Shown piece after piece: positions 13,581 through 27,647 of a DNA stretch of 64,000 bases. Position numbers and translations under genes: made by a program. The stretch is from Ylistrum balloti. Lineage: Eukaryota. The stretch covers positions 744,001-808,000 of the forward strand of contig NW_026782137.1 in NCBI RefSeq assembly GCF_031769215.1, written 5' to 3'. The number at the start of each line of letters is the position of its first letter. Position 1 is the stretch's first letter. The notes under the pieces are model-generated. The model worked only from the letters and a program-made list of their open reading frames with translations, ran no database searches and had not been told where the DNA came from.

Positions 13581-15489
13581 CTCTGTTAAGATTTTTTCTT
13601 CAACATCAGGGAATGGTTCTCATTCCTATTTATAGAACTTATACAGTCTTTTTAACTGGTAACCATGATAAATGAATTGATGGGGACTCCACTATATATG
13701 TATTATGAAAAAAACAATATGACGCCTCTCAAATCAGGAAGACAATATCATGTAGCCAACATATAGAAAGTAATTAATGTTTTATCGGCGAATGTCTTGT
13801 GTAAGAGGATTGTGATTGGTTGGTTATTAACTTAAGTATGTTCTATGCACATGAAATCTGTGATGATGTGTTTGCATGTGATGACTGAAAGTCTAGTGTG
13901 AAAGTGAAAGGGAAATAGGAGGAAATCATTTTTTGTTCAATGTTCAAATATAGGATTTCAATTTTAAATAATATCTCATTGGATTTTGAAAGTGTGCAAA
14001 TATTCCTACTATGTCTAGTGAAGAATTTTAAATTATCCTCATTTAAGTCTCATTAAAATATTATTTTAATATTGGAATATATGAAATTATTTTTAATTAA
14101 GACTAATAATACTCTTTTAGCTTTGATATGACATTTTAGACATTTGGTATCTCACTAAAATTAACGAATTTTAAAATAATATACATGTACATGTATGTTC
14201 ATCATCATTCACTGTTCATACCTGGTATTTATATGACAAACCATCAGACTAGAATGACTATTTTAATATTGTGATGATCTTTGTAATTCAGTATTGATAT
14301 TTACTTTTTCATGTTGTTTCATTTGGCCAGTAGTAAACTGATTGAATGAGAGACTATATTACACCACTGGGATCTGTAAGTCATCTCCCGGTAACGTTGT
14401 AATGGCTTCTAGCTTCTATACACAATACATTGATTCTTTAGGTCCATATTAATCTGCAGTTCAATCACCGTTTTTTCCAGTAAAAAGTCCATGTCTGCTA
14501 ATAAGCCCATTCATATGGAATGCTATTTTAGTAGAAATATGAACAAATGTTATATTATTGCCTGGCGTTAACCAGGCATTCCTACTTAGAGTCAGAGCTC
14601 ATGTGTTGGCCCCATTGGCTTATTGAGGGATAACTTGAACAATCACACCCTTCATAGTGGAATGGAATGTTGTATATTACATGGTATAAAGTGTAATAGC
14701 AGTTTGACATTATTTTACCAAGCCCTGTCTTGGTGTAGAAATACTAATTGTACGTTGATTAGAAATATGATGACCAATTCTTTGTTCAGGAATACTGATA
14801 TTTCCTGTCTCATCAATAAATTCTCATTGATCCAGTAAATGTTGGTTGTCCTAGTTGTGATTCTCGTAAAAAACATTTAACCGGGACTACCCAGCATTAG
14901 AGTGTGATGTCTTTATACAGTTTACAAGAAAACTTGTCCACAGAGTGAAATGTTTTTCAAAAGTGAACTGAAGTTTTGTATAAAACCTGAACAACATTCC
15001 TTTATATATACATTTTCAGTTGAGTTGAAGGATGGGAAAGAATGAACAGTTCTATTGAAGAGCGAAAAACCCAGGGCAAATATTTCCCTCTATACAGTTT
15101 GATAGTAACCTGTCTGCTTCGATTGTGTTTCTGAATGGTGACTATTTATCATTTTGCAACACCTTAGACTTTAGCAGGAAATATGGGAGGTGTATTCAAC
15201 GAAATATTGCATACCATTTAGACCAATATTGCTATGTCCGTATCATGACAACATAGTGTTTTTGATTTTGAATGACAAATACAGGACATTTCGTATTTAA
15301 GGATGGTAATTATTTTCATATTTATTAATCCCAGTGAACATTATGTTGTACTTCCTTCAAGTGCAGCTTTTAGCTCCTCTGGTCCAAAGGCCCAGTCAAC
15401 TTTTGCCATGGTGTGGTGTCTGTCGTCCATCGGACATCAGTCAATTTTTCACTTAAAATTGTCTCTTATGAACAACAGAACAGATTTTG

Positions 15490-16140
15490 ACATAATTTAG
15501 TTAGAAGCATCCTTGGAGAAAGAAGGGGAAAAGTTTGTTTGAATACTGGTTCTCTGTCTTCTCAAGGCCCAAGTTTGGAGCCCACAAGTGGAAATTTAGT
15601 AATTTCTTTAAGTGCCTTACTCTTTCTGTAGAAAGGATTAAATTTTGCCTGAATTTGGTGTGAAGCAATTTTGGATGAAGGGGAACAAGTTTTATAAAAA
15701 TATTGGTTCTCTGCCCTTTTGTGCGGGATTGTAAATTCTGTAAAATCCTAATCCTTCTGGAGGATTGATTGGATTTTACCCAAATTTGGTCTGAAGCATT
15801 GCTGAGTGAAGACAGCAATAAATTTGTATAAACTGTAGGTATCGGCCCCAAGAGGTGGGAGTTTGCGAGGCCCAATACAGAAAATAGAGCAAATTCTTTA
15901 AAAAAAATCTACTTCAGTAGGAATATCAGGATTCTGTTCCAGTTCAGTTTGAAGTATTCTTGGGTAAAGAAGACTTTGGTACAAATGCTTTTGCTGACCC
16001 GTTGGGGGAAACGGGGAGGGACCCAAGAAAGAAACCAGTATAAACATTAAGAATTCCTTTTCCTTTAGACTGGATGAAGCAATTTCAGCCGAAGAAAGTC
16101 AGGTAAGTGATACAGGCCTTATTGGCCTCTTGTCTTATTA
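15490..16140 (+). mobile_element. Helentron/HINE-like non-autonomous element
   Basis: Shares its core with 9550-10440 and ends CAGGTAAGTGATACAGGCCTTATTGGCCTCTTGT, a terminal hairpin motif recalled from bivalve Helentron-associated repeats. Confidence 0.6.
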
Positions 16141-17159
16141 CAGCAATATATTGCTTTTCAAGATGCAATGCTGTTCTTGGTGTAATTAATTCATTAAAGG
16201 GATATTTAGACAAATGGTCCTGATTGCATCAAAACTGCAACGATGCAACACATTGAAAACAAATGTGACAACTAATTCAATTCAGATCTAATTACATACT
16301 AGCTACAAGTGATTTTTCATGCATTTTTGTAATTATTTGTACGGCAGTTTATAAATTAGAATAAATGTATTTTCTAGATAAAACTAAAGGAAGAATTTGG
16401 TCTTTTTCAAATAAATCTACAGAATCACATCTGCTTGGATCAGACATTGCACTGGTATTACATTCTCATAATCATTATTTAGGCAGTCTAATTTTAACAA
16501 GCCAGAGGCAACTCCACCTGTCTAATTTATTTAACCTTAATTCAGCACAAGAAGATATTTCAATGCTGACAATAGTTTTTTTTTTTTTTAAGTCATTAGA
16601 AAGGATTATATAAATTAAGGTACAGAACATCCAGAAAAATCACAACTTGTTCCTTTAACATCCCTTTAAAACATGTATGTTGGTCAGTTTGATGCGGTTG
16701 ATAAGAAAACACAGGGATTAGCGACACTGGTTTGTGTAAAACTGTCAACACCTTAAAAGATTCAATTTCCTTTTTTATTGATCACACATTTATCATCAAC
16801 ATACATCTCACATAATCTCCGTCTCCTCACTCCTAGGTGATTTCTTTTGTGTCACAAGTTTTAGTTAAACAGACTAACTGCCCATATGAGGGTAGAAGCA
16901 TTTCATTGACTAAAACATAGAAAAAAAAAAAAAATACATCCTGGCAGCATAACTATACACCAATGTCCAGTTTGTACATTTCTTAACTGGTCCAAGTATA
17001 AAACCTTCTGTAAAGTATGATAAAAACAGTTTTCTTTGCTGAAATGGATGTTTTAGAGAAAAAGAGGCCATTGACTTGTGATGCGTGTCAATGAAAGTGA
17101 TATTTTGACCCACAAAAATATATATCATAGGACAGTGTAATCAATTATTCACAAGTCAA

Positions 17160-18090
17160 TAAAGGGCCTCTTTAAAGATGACTGATTAAAGGTCCTTCAT
17201 GGGGACAGCCTGCTATTACTCATTAAAGGTCCTTTATGGGGACAGCCTGCTATTACTCATTAAAGGTCCTTTATGGGGACAGCCAGTCATCATTCATTCA
17301 AGGTCCTTTATGAGGACAGCCAGTCATCACTCATTAAAGGACCTTTATGGGGACAGTCTGCCATCAATCATTAAAGGCCTTTATGGGGAGAGTCAGTCAT
17401 CACTCGTTAACGGCCCTTTATGGGGACAGCCAGTCATCATTCATTCAAGGTCCTTTATGAGGACAGCCAGTCATCACTCATTAAAGGACCTTTATGGGGA
17501 CAGTCTGCCATCAATCATTAAAGGCCTTTATGGGGAGAGTCAGTCATCACTCGTTAACGGCCCTTTATGGGGACAGCCAGTCATCACTCATTAAAGGTCC
17601 TTTATGGGGACAGCCAGTCATCACTCATTAAAGGCCCTTTATGGGGACAGTCTGCCATCAATCATTAAAGGCCCTTTATGGGGACAGCCAGTCATCATTC
17701 ATTCAAGGTCCTTTATGAGGACAGCCAGTCATCACTCATTAAAGATCCTTTATGGGGACAGCCAGTCATCACTAATTGAAGGTCCTTTATGGGGACAGCC
17801 AGTCATCACTCATTAAAGGCCCTAAATGGGGACAGCCAGTCATCACTCATTAAAGGTCCTTTATGGGGACAGCCAGTCATCACTTATTAAAGATCCTTTA
17901 TGGGGACAGCCAGTCATCACTCATTAAAGGCCCTTAATGGGGGACAGTCTGCCATCACTCATTAAAGATCCTTTATGGGGACAGCCAGTCATCACTCATT
18001 AAAGGTCCTTTATGTGGACAGCCAATCATCACTAATTGAAGGTCCTTTATGGGGACAGCCAGTCATCACTCATTAAAGGTCCTTTATGGG
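17160..18090. repeat. 37-bp minisatellite (CATTAAAGGTCCTTTATGGGGACAGCCAGTCATCACT)n with a 147-bp higher-order repeat
   Basis: Period 37 (CATTAAAGG at 17221 and 17258). A variant block AGCCAGTCATCATTCATTCAAGG recurs at 17281 and 17428 (147 bp apart). Confidence 0.95.
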
Positions 18091-19524
18091 GACATCTACT
18101 TAATGAAACCTGAGTACATACATGTAATAAAATCTTGCTCCATAAATGGATCATTAAAGATATACCCAGTATATATAACTCAACACTTGCATCAGAGTGA
18201 ACAATGCAACATTAAGCTGCCATTGTGAAATACATACAGATCACCTATAAAGACTGGGTTTTTACGGATAAAATTTTCACTGTTTTACAAAACGTTTAAA
18301 GAAGAAATTATTTAAAAAACTAGAACTCCTGTATAACAACAACCATTATATGAGAATTGTACATTAATTATCACAACTGTAAACATCCTTATGTTCACAT
18401 GTCAATCTGTTATAAATGGATATATATTATAAAACACATAAAATAAAACAATCATATATTATTTACTATAAGAGAACTAAATAGTTGTCTGAATAATTTG
18501 CTTTGCCAAAGACATTGTCCAATACATCCTTACTGTATATTCTTGTGTTTCCATGCACTTGATAAAGTTAGCACTATGTTCAGCCATATGTAATGTTTTG
18601 AAAAAATATCTTTTATATATTTTTGTTAAACAATTATGCCTTGAAATGAAGGTACCTAAAATTTGATATCAGAGTGAAATGGCACTTATAAATCATAAAA
18701 TCATCACATAACATAAAAGAACTTCAATACCTGTACATCTATAAACCAAAACTACACAAAATTAAAGATAAAATATGTACAAAGTGACCACCAGGTCTGG
18801 TGTGTAACTACTAGGGGACAGTAGATCCAAAGTCTGGTTGGACATTATATTTATAGATACTGAAAGTCAAAATAAAAAAAGACATAAAAAAACATGTATT
18901 AAAAACAGAAGAAGAATATCCAAAGCGATAAAGATAATAAGTCATGAATTCAGAGTCAATTTGTTCAGATAAATTGAATCTCCACATCCCAAGATAGTTT
19001 CAGTAATTATCAGGACATGATACAGGTACAAATAAACATACCTGGTACATACTGATCAGCTATGGCAGCTCCAGTTGTTAAAAAGCTGGGTACACACTTC
19101 GACAGTTCAATGACCATGGAAAAGCGGGTGAATGCTATTGCAATGTTTTGGGAAGGTTGCCGCCACACTATGGAATAACCTACTGTCACAAACCAGGAAA
19201 GCAACAACACTTGCCACTTTCAAAAAGGGTGTTCAGTCCTATCTGTTCAGGTGTGCTTTTTCTTAGACTAGTAGTTTCTGCTACATGTACATACATGTGT
19301 TTTTCTGGTGATCATGCAAACACAATGATCAGCATACCATACATATATGTAGATGTATAATGTATTATTGATACCATGACTGAAATTTTACATACACTGT
19401 AAAGTGCCTTTGATTAATTTGTGAAATTATATAGGGCACTATATAAATGTTGTATATTATTATCATATTATTATGGATTCATATTCATGAGATTGCTGGA
19501 AAAAACTAATAAGGAGATACATTA

Positions 19525-19715
19525 AAAAAAAAAAGGACCAAAAAGGAGTACATGTAGCTAAAACGGCCAACAATAGAGACCAAAAAGGATTACATGTAGC
19601 TAAAACGGTCAACAAGAGAGAGCAAAAAGGAGTACATGTAGCTAAAACGGCCAACAATAGAGACCAAAAAGGAGTACATGTAGCTAAAACGGTCAACAAG
19701 AGAGAGCAAAAAGGA
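19525..19715. repeat. 42-bp tandem repeat (~4.5 copies)
   Basis: AAAAAGGAGTACATGTAGCTAAAACGG(C/T)CAACAA(T/G)AGAGA(C/G)C units. Confidence 0.9.
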
Positions 19716-20817
19716 TTTTTTTCATTGAACATCCCCCTCAGTAATTGTATATAAACATTACAAAAGTGCCGTAACAATTTGCCTCTTCAAGGACATGTTA
19801 CTCATTTAATAGTTACAATGGAAAAAAGTAGTTCAAGTGGAATTTATATGTATATATTGTACAATATATAAATGGAGTACAAATAATAAACTGAAAATTA
19901 GGGTGTATATTGCCAAACATTACATAATAGAGTATAGTATACAGGTGTTATACCAAACAAGTAGAGTATACAGTCGTTTCCAATGAGTATAGTATATAGG
20001 TGTTATACAAAACGAGTAGAGTATACAGGTGTTACACCACCAAGTTAGTATACAGCTGTGATATCAAACAGGAAAGAAAAACAAAAAAGAGAATAATAAT
20101 TAACATGTATATCAAAAAAGATTCAAATAAGGGAAACATAAGTATCTATAACAATGCTGGATACTCCAGTTGTCTCCTTATTGTCAAATGCTGATTAGAA
20201 AATCTGATGAGATATGAAATATTCTCAACCATACTTTTGCAACACCATTTTTTAAATACTATCACCATCAAATGATCCCTTCACACAAGTTATCTTACAA
20301 AGTGTAGATATGTATAAATACACGTTTTCACTTATAAACAAGGCAGTGTATCACACTGGGTTACAAACGCTGTATCATGATACAGATCTAAATAACAAAA
20401 ACAAATAATTGTACAAGGGTGCAAGACAAATAAATGAGATTCTGACATCAAAAAGTGCAAATAAAACAAGATATTGCATGATTAATTTTGTTTGACTTAT
20501 AGTAAAGTAAATTTAATAATAAACAACCAATCTCATGAACATTTTCATCTGACTGAAAATTAGGGGATGACACTGCTGTGTTTAAACTTTATGGCAGTAT
20601 ATTGTGATTTTACTTTTGAAAATTGAGTTTTACTGGTGACACACAGCAGAAATAAATAAACCTTAAATTATGGGGTCATGCTGTCGTTACTGACATCATT
20701 GTAAAGATGTGTCAGGGTCATTGGCATCGTAACAGTCGTCATCTCGACAAGATTTGTCAATGAAAAATTTGCTGATGGTATACCATGGTTATATTGTCAA
20801 GAATTATTTCTAATGTA

Positions 20818-21090
20818 GGGGGCTGTGATAGCTCAGTCAGTTAAAGAGTTGACTTACATAATTTCAGGTGAAGATGTGCGTAGTTCAACGCTTTCTACCC
20901 ATGGCGGCTTGTGTTTCTCAGGAAGCTGAGAAACAGACAGCCTTGTGCTGACATGATTGTGTCCTTGGGCAAGACACTTATCCTAATTGCTCTAATTTGC
21001 ATGTAATAGGCTCCTCAAATGTTCTACTAAAAGGAGACCCCACCTCAAAATTATCCTGTCTACCTGGCAATAAACCCAGCACACAACCAA
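20818..21090 (+). mobile_element. tRNA-derived CORE-SINE
   Basis: A-box-like TAGCTCAGTCAGTTAAAGAG, B-box-like GTAGTTCAACGC, then TGTGTCCTTGGGCAAGACACTT (20958-20979), the conserved CORE domain shared with MIR/AFC SINEs. Confidence 0.7.
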
Positions 21091-22304
21091 TATTCATTGA
21101 CCAATAAAATGCCATGTTATATCTCCAGTTAATTAGAATATCAATTGACATGGACAAATGAGAGAGTTACTTTCTATTGCTGTTTAATCTGAACACAGAC
21201 AAAATTTAAGTTTATAATACACTGGCTCCTTTGTAAACAGACACCTAAAAATACCAACATCCTTTTTTGTGATTATAATAGAAAAAAATGTAATACTTGT
21301 AATTAAAGTTTCAGATATCTTCTTTGTAGTTATCAGATTAGGAATAATTATCTCTGGCACACAGTAACTAGTAACAAGAATAGGACAACAGCAGTGAATA
21401 AATGGTAACAACATAACCATGGATTGTGTTATCAACAGTGAAAACAGGAGCAATAACATTTTAAAAGTTTCCTTTTCAATCATTCACAAACATTAGATAT
21501 ATAAAAACAAAAGGATAGTAAAAGGCAAAACATTCACATCAAGATAACCATAGTTAATTATGTTACATAATGGTTAAAAATAAAAGTCAACCAAAAGCAT
21601 CAATAATATCAGGGCATTGTAAAATAGATGTCTGCTTATCAAAATCATGATATCAGTTTGTTCAAAACATATGTATGACTCAACTTCAATTTTCTGAAAG
21701 TAACACTAGTAGTAGTACCTTGGTGGTTGACACAATAATGATTTTAATGGTAGTATTTTTGTTGAGTTGTTGCATAGTAAAGCTTTACTGCGAAATTAAA
21801 TATCATTGTAACAATATTTAACATCTCTTTACCAGCTACTGGGTATTTTTCTGAAAGCCCTTTGGTACTTGCATATTGTACAAATTGTAATACTAAAGCG
21901 ATATTTTTCATTCAACACAATGTAAAAAAAAAACTAAAATTATTAAAGAAATTCAGAATTGTCACAACAAATATTTAAAAAATTTGGAATCCTTAATATT
22001 AATAACTTCTTCTACATTGAATTTCAGATGAGTTACCATATCTAAAACTTAACTAATGCCTCATGACAGAATAACAACACATTACTCTCTATAAAAGGTA
22101 GTAAAGTTGTCTAGGATAAAGATATTCTTTCTGAGGACAACCATACTGGAGTATTGCGGAATGTTGGAAGGTTGACAGTTTATCATTTCCCAACAAAACA
22201 AAATATTTTTGATTACTGAGTACATGTAATATATGTAATAAGGCTATTGATATAAATCTTCATGATACTGATGTTTAACAGAAACTAGGTCACAGTGACC
22301 TGGT

Positions 22305-25300
22305 TCAAGAATCACGCAGTCCTAATTCGGAAACCTTTTTCTGTGCATATGACATCACAATCATACTTGTCCCGTTGGCTAGGAAGCTACGAATTGTACC
22401 AGGCATAATCCCACGATATAAGGCAAAGAATCCACCCCTCTCTCTTATTATGAGTCGCATTCTCTGCCAAACAGGCATTTTACTGAAAGGAACAATGTAA
22501 GTTTTATTCTGGGATTTATATTATATTAAGGTAATTGTCATAATTGACCAGACAAGAACATTTACAAACTGAAAATTAAAAAATGGACATGTTAATACAT
22601 TAATGACAATGTTAAAAAAAATATCACCTATAGTGGTAATAGACCGGGTCAGATTCACCATGCAAGACTGAGATTGGAATGCAGTTCTCTAAATTTCTAT
22701 CTTTTTCGTAGAAACTTTGTCAATAGTCCTTTATGTTCGAGTAATGAAGAAGATGAGACCAACGAACATTTTTATTAACATTAGATAATTAGTTTATTAA
22801 AATGTCAGCACTGTTCTGACCTTCTTATACGTTATTTTGGTCCATTAGATAACCCTATTTCAATTGAAATATTACTCTTCAGAAACAATGAACTAACATA
22901 TAGTGAAAATTCTCTTATCTTTTCTTGTGTACAAAACTTAGGTTTTCTATTTTTGATATTCTTAATATCAATTTTTTTCCAATCCACCATTGTTTATGAA
23001 CAAAATGCAGCAATGTCCTGCCATCAAAATTATTCCCTATCCTAACTTTTCTTTTCTCATTACATTCTCCACTTCATGCTATGGAGACGAATTAATTAAG
23101 TTTGAAAACTTATTTCTAAATCCAATTCTAATGATTGCTCTTGTATTTTTAAATGTATATGTATATATAAGAATGAAATAAAGTGTATATTAGAGAAAGA
23201 GTCATGCCTCTCAAGTGTTTTAGCACATGTAGCTATGGTGATACTTGTAATCTATTTCCACTTTTTTTCTTTTTGAAGTTTAGAGTTTACTTTATATACA
23301 TATATAAAATATATATAATTTTCACTCAACATAGGTTTCTTTTATAAACAGTATTCATGAATGAATTCTGAAGACACTTACTTTCCATAGTCAGCCTGGA
23401 CCTGACATTTCATGTACTCCAGTGGCCAAACTATCCACCATGCTGCCGTAGCTGCCAGTCCAGATGTAAGAAAGGGACCAAGAACTGGCTGCTTGAAAAG
23501 ATCTGGGAAATGTCGACGCACAGAATCCACCAACATAAAGTAGGTAGTCATCAGACCAATAGTCCTAGCCCATGTCACCCCAAAGCCCTGCAGTGGGAAC
23601 ACAAGGACACATACTAATTTAACCATGCCAATTTACAGAAAGAGTCCTACCACAAACATCTGGAATTTGATAGAAACATTATCAAACATTTATAATGACT
23701 CTTTCATAATAAAACAATCAAAGATTGTTTGACAGAAACTGTTAACTTTTATCGTCTGATTAGGTCATCTCAGAAAAGGTAATATAAATCACTTAACAGG
23801 TCTCTAACCTGAAATCTTTTGTCAGATTGTTATCGTTTACAACTTTGTTTACTTTTCTTACTCACAGTGTATACTTTTCGGAGCTGCCAAGTCTGTTGTG
23901 TCTGCCGTCTCACCTTAAACACAAGCATTTCTATTGGTTACCAGGTTAGCAATCACCATATATGTAGAACTTATCAAATGAATATCTTTGCCTATTTGAT
24001 ATCATATATATTACAATTGTTTAAACTGCACTGCAACAAAGTTTGTTTTCCATTTTGAAATCTTTCTGTTTTAAGAACATTCTTGCTTTTACAGGTACTT
24101 GTTTGTCATGTATATTGTATTGTATGTAAATCTAATTTGTTGTCTTAATGAAATGTGTGTCATTATTACCTTTGCATACTCAAGAGGTGTTTCTATGATA
24201 GCTCGGGAAGTTGACGCAATAATACCAGCACCCACAACTCTCCTAAAGATAACAAAAAAATTGTTACACCAATGAGTCCTTTGGGACATTGTAAAATGGA
24301 ACTGAAGACAACGACATGGCAAAGTATCTACTAGTATATTAATTCAATTAAATAGGATATATGTGATTTTAAAAACTGGACATAGTAAACATTTTCATCA
24401 ATATAATTATGTTCACTTACAATTGCAATCCAGCAAGTCCTGGTATCTCATGGCGGCCTACTGGACTGTCAAAGTATGTGTACCTAGAGGAAAGACATTC
24501 TTTGTCACATGCTAGGTCAGAGACTGTTAACTACCCTATTTGTTATCTAGCAGTAAGCCCATGACTGTAAATAATTGTAAAGTAAAAACTGTAATGTCAT
24601 TTCTTTGTATGATAATAAGCCCACTCCCTCACTTAGAGTTAATATGTTGGTGCCTTGGACTTATTGCAGAATAAATATGGTACTTTAATTTTACTTTCTC
24701 AGCATTCATTCACATAGTTTTGGTACATATTTTGTTTCCAATCAAATCTGGACCTCAAACAAGTATACAGTGTACATTCTGTATATAGTTTGGTTAACTT
24801 CTATTTTATATTACTTCTGGGCCTAGTTCAAAACAATCTACATCAGCTAATGATAGGATACCCATTAACACAAAACTTTGTATGGCATTATCTTTCAAAA
24901 CTGTATTCATTTCAAAATTAGCATATCAACTTATTAAAATAGCTAGGGTTTAAACAAACTGGCTCCGAAAACAAGTAAAGCACAATTCAATCAGTCTAAT
25001 TACTTTTCAATTAAAAATGTATTTCAGATTTTGTGGTTCAGAAATCTCTCTTGTATCATCAATGTGTACTTACATAGCTTCAAACACAGCAAACTGAGTT
25101 GACCTGTAGATACCTGAGCCCCACAGAGGTGGGATACAGCCTCTGTACAATAAAAACACATCCTTACATCTTGTCATCATCAAACCATTTCTTCACCTGA
25201 TGTCAGTCATATAAAGATCAGTAAAATAATACAAGTTTTCCATTATCAGTGAAAAATGATATTAACAACAGAAAAGTTGGGACTGTTTTCAATCAGATAA

Positions 25301-27213
25301 AAAAAAATAAAAATTAACAAAAAAGACTCACATATCTGTGAACTTCCTTTCTGAGCCTTCTTATATATTGCCTGTATGTGTTATGTTGATGCTGATTGTA
25401 CTTTTTCTGTCATGTTTAATGAAAAACACTTTATTATTCGATTTTGAAAACTAATGAAAAAATGTGAAAGGGCAATTCATTCATAGGGTTACAGACCTGT
25501 ACAAGCCGATGACACCTTGTGTGCGTAGTGTCTTTGTCAAAGTCTGGAACATGTTGGTTTTCTCATAGCCTACTTGCCCTTGCATTTTTGTTTTGATCGT
25601 ATCAAAGGGGTGGCCAACACAAGTGTTGGTTAGACCATATAGAACTCCAACTGAAACAATCAATTGTACATCAGAGAATGGTAATGATATATACTTAATT
25701 AGAAGAGTTCAAATACTTAAAAACCTTGTTTATATTTTCAAATAAATACCATACCTGTATATGGATTTTATCAAAAATTATCATTTGTTTAACAACTTTT
25801 AACAAAAATTTTGAGACTTTTACAATATCAATAAACATTAAATTATTCTTGGTTATTCTTCACTTTGAGTAAATTATTGTTAAATCTTCTGACATCATTC
25901 TAAGTTATGGTTTTAGAGGTCAGTATGTTCTGGATGTCTGGCTAAATATGCCTTAATTTTTGTTAACATTTCTTTTGAATAGCAACAATGAATTTTCTTC
26001 CAATCTCTGTAACAGATCCTGACAAACCACCTACATTAGTTTCAGAGTTTCTCCTGGCTTTAGGGTACATGTTTGATATTTTAACACATCATGCTTGAAA
26101 GCTTTTATTACTATAATCGATAGAAAAGATTTAATGAAAAATACCTGCTCCCACTAGGGTTGGAACTAGCATTTTCTTTATCCTGGCAGACACTCTACCT
26201 TCACTTGTAACAATGAAATTCCCACTATCTAAAGCTGATTTGGTAATCTGCAACTCTCAACTTCTTATTTATCCTAAGGAAACAGCATAATCTCATATAG
26301 TTCTACCCTTGGAGTGTTTACCAGTACCAAATTAGTAATAGAAAGGAGTAATGAAAAGCATGTTCTGCTCTCACCAGGATTTGAACTAGCGATTGTTCCT
26401 CTTAGTATCTAGCCTGACACTACCACTTGATTCTAGTAAGTGATCTGTACTCTCTTCAATAACTTCTATCCCTGGAGTAGTCAATGGAACTAAATCTGGA
26501 GTGGTCAACAACAATAAATATGCAGAAAGAAGGATTAATAGAAAATATCCCCTGTCCCCTCTAGAGGTACAAACTAGCAACACAGTGACCTCTAACTGGG
26601 CACTCTACCGTTTGACTAAAAGGAAATTACCACTAACCGATGAGGCTAGTAATTAAGATGATGTTTACTTACAACTTCAAGTTCTACATTACAAAAGTCA
26701 GTTACAGAGGAACCACACATGACCCACAGTAACCCCAAAAGGAAGTAGGCACACAGTATTAAAAAATGATAGGTTTATATCAGCTCTAACTTCTTCTGGA
26801 ATATCCTAGACAGAGCTCGCGATATTCACAAAAGTTAGGCAAGGTTTAATAAGTGTAACTACGTTTACAGTGTATAAGTTGTTTAACTGTCAGTGTCATA
26901 AACATACCAGGATTCAGTCTAAAAAGAGTATGTCCGGCCACAGAGACCACTTGCATGCTGCCAATCCTAAGCCCCCTCCAGTTAAAAAAATTAGTACTAC
27001 CATGTAATTAACGTATCTGTAACTGCCTGTCAGAGCTAAGCCTACCGTGACGTAAGGCTGTTAGGCCTAATCAGGGACGTATAATACTGTATCATACGTC
27101 CCTGGCCTAACATATCGCTGACATAACGATTGTTCGGTATGGATGTTAGGCTTACCTCCTAAACCAATGGCGCCTTCCCTCAACCAGTGAGCCCTCTCTT
27201 CGTTATGTGTCAT
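22305..27213 (-). CDS. Mitochondrial substrate carrier (SLC25 family), complete, 8 exons
   Basis: Exons 27156-27213, 25497-25650, ~25073-25142, ~24420-24483, ~24172-24242, ~23865-23912, ~23383-23588, ~22305-22482 splice in phase. The product reads MTHNEERAHWLREGAIGLGVGVLYGLTNTCVGHPFDTIKTKMQ...ETPLEYAKVRRQ...WPLEYMKCQVQ...LYRGIMPGTIRSFLANG...RDS*, with three Px[D/E]xxK carrier signatures. The exact SLC25 orthologue is not assignable by eye. Confidence 0.9.
26140..26650 (-). mobile_element. Three degenerate tandem tRNA-like/SINE-head units in SLC25 intron 1
   Basis: Minus-strand A-box/B-box pairs: GGTAGAGTG...GTTCCAACCC (~26150-26200), AGTGGTAGTG...GTTCAAATCC (~26370-26430), GGTAGAGTG...GTTTGTACC (~26560-26610). 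Confidence 0.45.
27061..27110. repeat. 50-bp palindromic micro-MITE-like element
   Basis: TTAGGCC-taatc-AGGGACGTAT-aatactgtatc-ATACGTCCCT-GGCCTAA: nested inverted repeats. Confidence 0.7.
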
Positions 27214-27394
27214 CTTGATTAATCTCTGCTCACAGACAAAAGTGGTGATTTCCTAAGATAAACTCCCTCTGATTTCGTCCAGCTGGTGTTGTTTCCAAAC
27301 CTACCGTAGATTTTGATCAGGTCATTTGAACGTTTCAATGGCAAGAGCAGTAGAATAATGAATATTTTCAAGCGTCACGGATAAATATTCCTGT

Positions 27395-27425
27395 TCGGTG
27401 ATTGGTCAAAAATGGGGGTGTGCTT
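27395..27425 (-). promoter_or_regulatory. Possible SLC25 proximal promoter (CCAAT box plus GC-box-like GGGGGTGTG)
   Basis: GTGATTGGTC (CCAAT on the minus strand, 27401-27405) lies ~190 bp upstream of the ATG, in a locally CpG-containing region. Confidence 0.3.
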
Positions 27426-27647
27426 CAACTTTCAATTCAGCATACATTTTCATAGCAGGAATTTTAATCTACTGTTTAATAACTCTCAATACGAAAGGAT
27501 ATTACATAGGTAGCAGACAACTTATTGACTTCTTAATAGATTTATTTGATATGAATACCATATAATTATGTAGCCGAGTTGGTCAAATAAAATAATGACT
27601 GAACTTCTGTCAATCCACATTTTGTATTTAGTCATTGTTATCGTATG

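Noticed and set aside
17199-17816. Repetitive ORFs (LWGQPVIIHS...)
   Set aside because: They are translations of the 37-bp minisatellite, with no splice or coding context.
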